Under the pieces are notes generated by a model that did no database searches, was not told where the DNA came from, and saw only the letters and a list, made by a program, of their open reading frames with translations. Position numbers and translations under genes: made by a program. DNA of 64,000 nt from Spirogloea muscicola (Eukaryota): contig WELB01000005.1 of the NCBI GenBank assembly GCA_009602725.1, positions 705,109 to 769,108 on the forward strand, in the 5' to 3' direction. Within the stretch, counting starts at the first letter, position 1. Each line of letters starts with the position of its first letter. Below are positions 26,690-36,789 of this stretch, piece after piece.

Positions 26690-29600
26690 GAGCCCGGCTT
26701 CCATGTCGCCGGGTCCCTCGCCCAAGTTTACCGGATGCGCCTGGCCGTCTCTTTGCAGCGGTCCCTAGCTTTTGCGGTCCATTTGCGCGCAGGCCGCGCT
26801 CTGGCGGCGGCCTCCGGCTTCCGTCAGGGCGACGTCTTTCCGCCTGCTAGCTACTCAGATTTGCATCTACTGACGAGAGGTTACTGAGAGTTCGCTTACT
26901 GCTGTCTCAGTCCTTAGCATTCCGACTCCTTCAGACCTTGTCCATTCTTTTGGGCTGGCCTCTCCCAGCCACCTGTTAATCTGGCCGCGCTTGCTCTCGG
27001 CTGGGAGAGGCCAGCCCAAAAGAATGGACAAGGTATACATCCATCGCCAGGGCCGCGAATTCATCCCCAACCGGGTGTTCAGCATGTTTTCGCTCCTTGC
27101 TCCTTGCACTTCTTCTTGCTCCGGGCCGCCTGGCCGACCGCGTGCCCCGCGTGCTCGATGCCGTCAGTTGTCACCACATCAGCGATGATGCGGGGACCGC
27201 CGCCGGGCGGGATGGCGACCAGGTCGGCGCGGCGTGTATGGGAGCTGGCCGTCCGCGCCCCCATGGATGGGCATTATGTGATAAGCCAGCCCGAACGAAG
27301 AACTAACAAAGCGGCGGCGGAGGCAGGGCACGCGGTTGGCAAGGCTGCAGGCGGTGACGAGCGCTACGTACACGGACCACCTTGCCGGCCATGAGTTTCT
27401 TGCCAGTTCAGTCCGCCTGACGGCCCATGGCAAGGACCGCAAAGTGTGCCGATCACCCTGCTGGCAATGAATTCGCGGCACTTTGTAATTGACGTGCACG
27501 GGGCTTTCGGCTTGTTTTTCTTCGTGCTTCCCCTGGCCCCTCCTCGCACTTTACTCATTCTTTTTTGGGCTGGCCTTTTCCAGCTCTTATCTTCTATGGG
27601 CGACCATTCGGCAGTCGCTGGCCGGACCTCCTGCTGCGGCTTGCCCGATTTACGCGGCACTCACCATGCCCGACGCAGTCTTCAGGACGACGGTCCACCT
27701 GCTCCTAGGCCTCCTTCCTCCCAGCCTCGTTGGCATCGTGCAGTGCGAATGCGGAGCCCGCCACGCGGACGCTGCAGAGCTGGCTGCCCACATGCTCCGC
27801 TGTCCGCACGGAGGTGAGCGGACCGGCTCCCACGACCTCTTGCGGGATGCCATGCATGGCGTGTCCCTGGAGGCGGGCTGCACCATCGCGGTGGAACAGT
27901 CTTCCCTATGCCCCTCTTCTTTAAGGGCGAGCACTTTCTTCTGTCATGCCCGTCCAGCTGGAAGCTGGGCGCGGACGGTCTGCTCCACACCCGGCGCGCA
28001 GACCTGGTCGCCATCCCGCCCAGCGGCGGTGGTCCCCGCACCATTGCGGATGTGGTGACTACTGACTAATCACCACATCCGCGGGTCGACTCCGCGAGCC
28101 CCATCACGCTCCCTTGCCCACGCCGTCCACACGCGAGCAGGCTGTGCTATGGCCGCCGCCTCTGGGTCTCTGCGGAGTGCCTCTTTCCTTGCGAGCTACT
28201 TAGACCTGATGTTGCTCACTCGTGGGTACTGAGCTCTCCTCTGCATCGTCTATGTGTTCTGGAGTGTTTTGTAGTGTAGTCCTTTTTACGGCTCCTCTTT
28301 CTTTGGCTTTGGACATTGTCCATTCTTGTCATTCTTGCTGGCTTCGCCAGCCCCTCTTCTCTATGGGCGAGCACTTCTCTCAATCGGCGTCGACAGCAGG
28401 GCACACAGTCGGCACGGCGGCTCGCGGCAAGGAGCGCAAATACGCGGACCACCCGGTTGGGGATTAATTCGCGGCCCTGGCGATCGACGTCCACGGAGCC
28501 TGCGGCAAGTCACTGGCTGGACCTCCTGCATCGGCTTGCCAGGCAGGCCATTGATCGGCGGGCGGGTCAACCAGGGTAGGTGCCGGGCTTCAATGCTGCC
28601 GGCTCGCTCGCTCAGATCTTTCGCATGCGGCTCTCCGTCTCTCTCCAGCCCTTTCTGCTCTGGCTCATGCAGTCCACACGCGTGCCGGCCACGCTGTGGC
28701 TATTGCCTCAGGGTCTCGCCAGAGTGCTTCTTTCCTGCAGCGAGCTACACGGACTTGATGTTGCTCACTCGCGGGTACTGTGAACTTTTATCTGCATCGT
28801 CTCGTGTTTAGTTGTGTAGATTTTTTTTTGCGGCACCTATTTCTGGCTTGGGATATTGTCCATTCTTTTCGGGCTGGCTTGGCCAGCCCCTCTTCTCTAA
28901 GGGCGCGCCATTCCTTGCCCGGCATTCCATCGAGCGGCGGCAGGGTTCGCAAGTGGAGCTGCTTGGCTTCAACGCTGCCGGGTCGCTAGCCCAGGTCTTC
29001 TGTATGCGGCTGTCAGTCTCTTTCCAACGCTCCCTGTCTCATGCAGTCCACTTGCGCGCAGGCTGCGCTATGGCTGCTGCATCTGGGACTCGGCGGGGTA
29101 CCTTTTTCCCAGCTGCAATTTACTCCGATTTGTTGCTGCTCACTCGTGATTACTAAGTTTCCATCTCCAGTGATCTCGTGTCTAGCTGTGTGATTTTCGG
29201 CGCGCTTCGGCTCTTTGGACCTTGTCCAATCTTATTGGGCTGGCCTTTCCCAGCCGCTACCTTTGAGCGAGCACTTTCTCGTTTTGGGCGCTGGCAATGG
29301 ACGTGCACAGGGCGTATGGAAGTTGGTGGCTAGACCTCCTGTATAGGAGCGCTGGCAGCGTATGCGGGTTTCGACGCAGGCATGGTGACGAGCCTGGCGG
29401 CCCTGGTCCGCCACCAGGGCTTCCCCCAGTCGCCTGCCGCTCTTCACCAGGCGACGCTAACCCTCAGTTACGGCGGTCTCGGCTTGCGCCAGCTCGTCCG
29501 TTCCTGTCGGGCGGCGTACCTCGGCAGCTGGGCGCAGACAGCCGCCTCCGTGGCCCAGCGCTTCCTGGCTGGAGCAGGCGGTGGTGGAGGTAGAAACGGG

Positions 29601-30640
29601 TGTGCTGCCTTTCCAGGCGTCGCTACGCTCCGCCCACCAGGAGCTGCTCGCGGTGCACCCGGACCTGGCGGGCCAGGCGGTCTCCTTTGCGCACCTCGCG
29701 CACACCGCCGACCTGCGCGTCCAAGCGCGCTTCGCAGCCGCGATGGACAAGGCAGCCTTCACCACCGCCTTGCTGCAGCTCCCGGAGGCCGACCTGCGCG
29801 GGCGCGCGCGATTCCACTTGGCCTCAGAGCCAGGTGCATATCCTGCAACTCGGGGAGCCGGGCCGCAGGCTGGAGGTGCTCCTCGAGGCGAGATTTGAGG
29901 CTCCTCACTCGTAACAACTGAGTGGTCCATCCTCCCCCGTTCTGACATAGCATCTTCAGGCCCCATTGTAGCTGCTCAGCGCTTTTTAGGCCCCTCCATC
30001 ATTTGGCCCCTTCGAACCTTCGTCAATTCTTTTTCGGGCTGGCTTTTCACAGCCCTTGCCCCCACTGGGAGAGCCACTTCTTTTCACAGCCCTTGCCCCC
30101 ATCGGGACAGCCACTTCTTCTTTTGGACCCTGTCCACTCTTTCGAGGCTGGCCATTCACTTTGGACATTGTCCATTCTTTTTTGGGCTGGCTTTGCCAGC
30201 CCCTCCTCTCTATGGGCGCGCACTTCTCTCATTCACAGCCCCCGCCCCCTTTCTCGGCTGGTGCAAAGAGACTACAGCCGGATCTGCCAGGGGCGATGCC
30301 CGGCTTCAACGCCGCCGGTTCGCTCACACAAGTCTTCCGCATGCGCCTGGCCGTATCGTTTCAACGCTCCCTTGCCCACGCCGTCCACACGCGAGCAGGC
30401 CGTGCTATGGCCGCCGCCTCTGGGTCTCGGCGGAGTGCCTCTTTCCCTGCAGCGAGCTACTCAGACCTGATGTTGCTCACTCGTGGGTACTGAGCTTCCC
30501 TCTGCATCGTCTCTGTGTTCTGCAGTGTTTTGTAATGTAGTCCTTTTTCCGGCTCCTCTTTCTTTGGTTTTGGACACTGTCCATTCTTTTTTGGGCTGGC
30601 TTTGCCAGCCCCTCTTCTCTATGGGCGCGCACTTCTGTTT
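26690..30640 (+). mobile_element. Largely head-to-tail array of 5'-truncated CRE-like copies, with a few inverted pieces
   Basis: Repeated C-terminus FPAASYSDLxLLTRGY-stop at about 26885, 28230, 28780, 29155, 29920 and 30490, each followed by the 3' UTR hairpin. RT thumb-like QATLTLSYGGLGLR..AAYLGSW at 29440-29540; knuckle region at 27640-27900; inverted piece at 27000-27260. Confidence 0.88.
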
Positions 30641-31500
30641 CCCCCGTTCTGCCATAGCCTCTTCAGGAGAGCCAATTCTTCTTCAGGCCCCACAGTCGCT
30701 GCTTAGCTCGTACTTTGGCCACTTCGAACCTTGTCAATTCTTTTCGGGCTGGCTTCTCACAGCCCTTGCCCCCATTGGGAGAGCCACTTCTTCAGGCCCC
30801 GCAGTCGCTGCTTAGCTCGTACTTTGGCCCCTTCGAACCTTGTCAATTCTTTTCGGGCTGGCTTCTCACAGCCCTTGCCCATTGGGAGAGCCACTTCNNN
30901 NNNNNNNNNNNNNNNNNNNNNNNNNNNNNNNNNNNNNNNNNNNNNNNNNNNNNNNNNNNNNNNNNNNNNNNNNNNNNNNNNNNNNNNNNNNNNNNNNNNN
31001 NNNNNNNNNNNNNNNNNNNNNNNNNNNNNNNNNNNNNNNNNNNNNNNNNNNNNNNNNNNNNNNNNNNNNNNNNNNNNNNNNNNNNNNNNNNNNNNNNNNN
31101 NNNNNNNNNNNNNNNNNNNNNNNNNNNNNNNNNNNNNNNNNNNNNNNNNNNNNNNNNNNNNNNNNNNNNNNNNNNNNNNNNNNNNNNNNNNNNNNNNNNN
31201 NNNNNNNNNNNNNNNNNNNNNNNNNNNNNNNNNNNNNNNNNNNNNNNNNNNNNNNNNTCCGGCAGCTAGTCTGTCGGATGTGAGGCTCCTTACTCGTAAC
31301 TACTGAGTGGTCCATCCTCCCCCTTCTGCCATAGCCTCTCTTCAGGCCCCGCAGTCGCTGCTTAGCTCGTACTTTGGCCCCTTCGAACCTTGTCAATTCT
31401 TTTCGGGCTGGCTTCTTACAGCCCTTGCCCCCATTGGGAGAGCCACTTCTTCGCTTCTCACAGCCCTTGCCTCCATTGGGAGAGCCACTTCTTCTTCTTT
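30640..31500 (+). repeat. Tandem 109-bp reiterations of a CRE-like 3' UTR flanking a 360-N gap, ending in a (TTC)n tail
   Basis: Units begin at 30681 and 30790. A further copy at 31258-31452 encodes PAASLSDVRLLTRNY-stop, and its last about 45 bp repeat at 31455-31500. Confidence 0.85.
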
Positions 31501-31635
31501 GGAGCTCACCACTTTTCGGCCTAAGCTGCCCTTCGATCGCGACAGGCCGGGGCAGTTGCCCTTGGCCCCAGGCGCACCCACCTTTTCGCGCCGCCCCCGC
31601 CGCCGCCGCCGCCACCGCCGCCGCCGCCGGCCCCC

Positions 31636-33355
31636 ATGGTCGTGTGCAAGTGCCGCAAGGTGAGGCGGGCCCTCGCCCCTTCCCACCCCTCCCCCTTGCG
31701 GCCCCGCTGCCGGGCCCGCGCCCCGGCCCTGACGCCGCGGCCCCGTGCCGCCGGGCGCGCAGGCCACGCGGCTCTACTGCTTCGTGCACAAGGTGCCCGT
31801 CTGCGCCGACTGCGTCGCCGCCACGCCCGACCACGCCCTCTGCGCCGTGAGCGCCCCATCCTCAGCCCCCTGCTGTGAGGAGGGCCCGTTCCCCCGCCCC
31901 GGCTTGGCGCTTAGCCCAGCGCCTGCACTCGCGCGGCGCAGGTGAAGACGTACTCGGAGTGGGTCATCGATGGCGACTACGATTGGCCGCCGCTCTGCGC
32001 CGCCTGCCGCGCCACCCTCGAGCCGCCCGCGCCGCCCGCGCCGCCGCCGCCCGACGCCGCCGCTGGCGCCACCACGCGCCTCTCCTGCCTCCGTACGCCC
32101 CGCTCCTCCCACCACCGCCCCTTCCTCCCTGCCCTCGGCTGCAGCTGACCGCCGTGGCTCTGGTCCCTGGCGCAGACGTGCTGCACACGCAGTGCCTGCT
32201 GCAGCACCTCCAGAGTTTCCCGCCCTACACTGCGCCAGCGGGATATGTCTGCCCTGCGTGCGCCGCGCCGGTCGGCTGCCTCCTCCTGCCCCTGCGCTCC
32301 TGATGTTGGCCTGCCACCGAGCCTCCCATGCTGCCACCGTTGGTGTGGCCCCTGGCAGGCACTGGCCTGCGGAGCCTGAGGATGGCCGCATGCTGCACCC
32401 TGCAGATCTGGTCAGCCAAGAGCCACAAGGACGCGCATGCTGCCCTCTACACCCGGCTGCAGGCGGTGATTCTCCAGGTCTGTGTGCTGGCCTTCGAGCT
32501 CGATGGAAGGTTATGGCCTCTGCAGGCCTTCAATGTCGAGCGCGTGCAAGGAGCCTCTGGCCTGCAGTCAAGCGCGCCATGCTGTTTTGCAAATCACCTG
32601 GCCCGGACTTACATCTTGGGAAGTCGCCTGAAAGGCCGCTATCATGTGTGCGTGCCTTAGGACAGATGTTCTGCTTGTCCTTTTGCAGAGCTCTGCTGCT
32701 AATACGCTCCTGGGCTCTGAGGGGGCTTCTACTGTGGACAGGGCTGAGCCTGCACTTCCCGATCCTGCTTCTGTTGCTTCACCACCGACAGCAGATCGGC
32801 CCCCCGCAACAGCTCAGGCCTTAGACAACAACCTGTCCCTAGTGGCTGAGAGCTCTCCTGCAGGCAGGCAGGATGGTTACATGCCAACGTCCAGTGATCC
32901 ACCTTCGGCAGGGTCCGCTCGGGATGTGGGTCTGTCGGTTGCTGCTGCAGTGGCCAATGCTGTCCTTGACAAGCCTATTGTGCTGGACACTGCGACCAAG
33001 ACGAGTGCTGATGCGGAGGGCGGACCTGCAGCCCTGCCTGGTGGGCAGTTGCCTCTCACGCCTTCCGCCACAAGTGCATCACCCAATTCAGCCAGCCACT
33101 TAAAGTCATCAGCCTCTACGGTGAGTCGATAGATTTGTGCTTGCGTGGTGCTTGTGTGGTGCTTGTGTGTCTTATGACACAGATGACCTGGTCCTGCATT
33201 TTGCCTCTGCCATTAGGAGGCTGCAGTTGGTAAGCTCTTAAAGTGCATTTGTTTCCGCGTTGGTGGCGCCTTCTGGTACTGTTCACAAGTCGGGGTTTGC
33301 CTGAAAAGAGCCCTGCCCTTGGCGTCGATCGAGTGCCGTGCAGTCTCACCACCCT

Positions 33356-33398
<43 letters not shown>

Positions 33399-34158
33399 TA
33401 TTCGCTATGCCAAGAAAGAACTCCTACAGGGCTGGCGATTCACGCACGTCTTTGGACATCACTGAGGACTACAACGAAGATGACGAAGATGGGACTGATC
33501 GCAAGTACGCCCGCCGAGGTGGGTCCACTGCTGCTGACTGCTCTCTTTAAATTGCAGGATCTGGGTGCTGACTGGAATGGCTTTGCTGTGTAAGTATGTA
33601 CCCACCTCATTCACCTCGTCATTTTTAGCCAGCGTACTGCACTGCATGATGTGAAGCTTGTTTGACAAATGTCAAGAGACCTGGCCGACTGCAGTATGTC
33701 ATCTGGTCACTTCATCGTGCCCCTCACCGTTCGTGCTCTTGCTGCATCAGGCCCAGCATACCGACAGCTTCTGCGTCACCTTGGCTTGTCCTGGAGCACC
33801 TCGCTGCCAGGCTTGCCGGTGACTAGGGAAGAGGCAGATGGCACTGGAGAGAGCCGACCAAGGCGCCGCTCCTATCGTCGGCCTACTGATCCCCGCAAGC
33901 TCCTCTTGGTTCTTGCCATTCTGTGAGTCTCCTTTGTTCAAATTGCGACAGACAATGAGATGGTGCTTCTGTCATTGCTGCTCTCTCTGCAGCAGCATAA
34001 CTGAAAATATATACGGTATAAATAGTGGTGTCATATGTCCTTTGAGTGTATAATTTGTGTTTGTCGGCAGGTCGTGCCTAGCTACGATGGTCCTCCTTTA
34101 CTACAGATTGGCGCAAGCTCTCAATGCAACCAGCCAGGAGGGTACAATAGACCCTTGA
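31636..34158 (+). CDS. ZFPL1: Zinc finger protein-like 1 (B-box/RING-PHD-like zinc fingers, C-terminal transmembrane segment)
   Basis: MVVCKCRK / ATRLYCFVHKVPVCADC..HALCA / VKTYSEWVIDGDYDWPPLCAAC..TTRLSCL / VLHTQCL..FPPYTAPAGYVCPAC / DEDGTDRKYARR / DPRKLLLVLAIL / SCLATMVLLYYRL, with TGA at 34156-34158. Confidence 0.93.
33356..33397 (+). repeat. (CAG)n coding microsatellite (polyQ, about 14 Q) in ZFPL1
   Basis: SHHPQQQQQQQQQQQQQQLFAMPRK, in frame with the DEDGTDRKY exon. Confidence 0.85.
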
Positions 34159-35223
34159 AGCAGCATACGAGTTGACCAGGATCTTGGAATTTGAAATAGA
34201 GGTCAATGTCTGCTTTCATTGTTATAGCAAGGTCATACATAGGGTGAAGTCGTTGACTTCGAGATCTGGTGCTGTGCTTCATGTGGATTGTCATGCCGCC
34301 CCACATGTAGTGCAGTAAGGTACGTGCTTTATCAGCCCACTGCCTTGTTTCACAATGTTGCCAGATCTGCCTGCACTCATGCGATCCTTTATCGACATAT
34401 CTACAATCATATCTTGCATAAAGCATTCAGCTGGCTGAGTGAAAGTATGCTTCCTGGCTTATTGGTCTCTATGTTGGTCTTTGCAGTTCTCCTTACAGAG
34501 CGGCCCGGAGATAGCGGAAACTTGGGCTTGTAGTCTTGCCTCACTCTCTGGGTCCCTTGAAAGAAACCATTGCGCCCCTTAAACAAATTGATGGTAACAG
34601 TAGGTACAGTGCCACTTGAGTTCATCATTGGTTGCTTGATCGTGGTATAAAATTGACGATTTTGGCCTCCCATAAGTAGAAGTTGTCACTAGAACGTGAC
34701 TTTATCTGCATCCAAGACATAGTACTCGATGTAGCAAGGACAATCCTGTACGGCTCCCTGAACACAAAGTATTCCTTCCCTTGCAGAAGTCACGGAGCAG
34801 TAATTTTGTGTTGTGGTGCCTTCCTGGCCTTTCAGACCTTATACATTTGTTTGGACTGCCTCTTACAGATATAGCCTTACATTGGAACAGCTGTTTGCCC
34901 ACTATGACCATCTCTTCACTGCTGGCATATTGGACAATATGCCTCCCGGAGGAGCCACTGAAATTGTCGAAGACATATTGGTAGACCAATAGTCATCTGC
35001 AAATTCCTATGGCAGTTTTGCAAATCTGCGAGCCTTGGAGCAGTTGTCACAGCCAATGAGCTGCTTCGTAGCTGGTTAGCAAGGTACGAGTGGACAGCAG
35101 CTTGACCTACAAATTGAATCGAACCCTGCAGAGGATGTACGTCAAAATATTCAGGGTTCTGCTAGCTGTCCAATGAGAACGAGCGCGGCTCTGCAGCGAA
35201 GTTTTCGTGGACATTCATCCTGC

Positions 35224-36223
35224 TTAGACCCTTGGTTGACTCTCTTGAGGTTCTGCATAGAAATAGGGTGCAGCAAGGAGAGGACCGAGGTTGTGCTGCG
35301 TAGCGAATGTACTGAAATCAAAATGATCCCTCTCCTTGGGGGCCTCAATCTCAACTCGCTCGGCCTGCCCAACCACCCCAGCTTCCAGGCCGTCGATCAA
35401 GCACGAGTACATGCATGAATGGCCATCTGCGACCCTATCCATACTGTCCTCATACTAGCTACAATACTGGTCTGAGATGGAGCAAGCGCATGCTCTTTGG
35501 AGGCTAGCTCAGCTCCTGCGAAGCCAGGACATGACTGCATGTTGGAGATGATAAAGAGATCGAACCTGCTTATACAGAAGAAAGATGTAGCGATGGCGCC
35601 CTTCTGCTGGAGCAGGCCCTTTGTAAGGCAAGACCTCTGTGCCCTTCTTCGCTACATCTGTGCCGCCCATCATGAGCAGCCATGTTCAGTTCAATGGTTC
35701 GAGGAACTGGGTGGCTGCCGCAGTTCGCGCTGACAGTGCGAGTAGAGAGCCTAATGCGCGCTTCGGAGGAGACCAGGATGTAGGCGGCACGACATGCCTC
35801 TGCCGGTCAAGGATGACGACACGACGAGGATCATGTACACGCGGCACATCGAAACCCTTACGAAGTGGCGAATGCAAGCACGGCCAACGGCAAAACGCTG
35901 CCCGGGACGGCAAAGGAGGCCGGCAGGGGCCAACCTTCGCCAGGCGCCAGGCTGCCGGGAATATTGGTGATGAGCCAGTGCAGCGAGGAGCGGAGTGATG
36001 GGTCGGCGGGCGACGGCGCGTCGGGGTCGACGAGGAGCAGCGCATACGAGGCAGAGGCGTCGGCGCCACACAGGCTCACAGCGGGCTGCTCGGCGAGGCC
36101 AGGCACGCGCAGCGCCACACCGTCGACGACGGGCGTGCCGCCGTACACGGCCTCGACGGCGGCGTCGCCGGTGGGTGCGCCGCGCGGTAGCACGTCCTCG
36201 AGCGCCGATGCCGCGTCCGCCAT
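35224..36223 (-). CDS. Phosphatidylethanolamine-binding protein, FT/TFL1/MFT (CETS)-like, 3 exons
   Basis: Exon 1 YALLLVDPDAPSPADPSLRSSLHWLITNIPG; exon 2 (about 35564-35655) EVLPYKGPAPAEGRHRYIFLLYKQ; exon 3 APKERDHFDFSTFATQHNLGPLLAAPYFYAE. DPDxP and GxHR motifs present. Confidence 0.92.
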
Positions 36224-36264
36224 GCCGGTGTCAAAGAGGGTGTGAAAGCCCGGCAGGATGAGGG

Positions 36265-36775
36265 AGTGGATCTGGCCACGGGGCGAGGGCTGTGAAAGCC
36301 TGCCCCAGAACAACAGCTCTTCCGATGTATAAGGCAGGGGCCGCGAATAGTCAGCCCAGAAAAGAATGGACAAGGTCCAGAGGGCCGAAAGCCGCGAATA
36401 CCACACAGCTATACAAGAGACTACAGCGGATGGGAGCTTCGTGACCCCGAGTTAGCAGCAGCGAGTCGGAGTAAGTTGCAGCTGGACCTCAGCACGACTT
36501 GCAAGGGCGCGTCCGGCTCCTGTCGGCTTACTCCCCCAGGGCGGCGGCGTGGTTATCAGCGCTCCCAATCTACGGTGCGCTCACCATGCCCGACGCGGTC
36601 TTCAGGACGGCGGTCCACCGGCTCCTGGGCCTCCTTCCTTCCTACCTCCTCGGTGTCGTGCAGTGCGAAATCGGAGCCCCCCACGCCGACGCTGCGGAGC
36701 TGGCTACACACATGCTCCGCTGTGCGCACGGAGATGAGAGGACCGGCTTCCATGACCTCCTGCGGGACGCCATGT
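36265..36775. mobile_element. CRE-like remnants: 3' end on minus (36265-36485) and pre-endonuclease fragment on plus (36490-36775)
   Basis: Minus: PAATYSDSLLLTRGH plus 3' UTR motifs at about 36290 and 36355. Plus: AAAWLSALP..FRTAVHRLLG..HMLRC..HDLLRDAM. Confidence 0.8.
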
Positions 36776-36789
36776 TGCCAGCAAGTTCC

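Noticed and set aside
30640..31500. CRISPR-like array
   Set aside because: Repeats are contiguous retroelement UTR copies without unique spacers, in eukaryotic DNA with no cas genes.
34400..35000. Short ORFs between ZFPL1 and PEBP
   Set aside because: No recognisable motif or consistent splice pattern; treated as UTR or intergenic.
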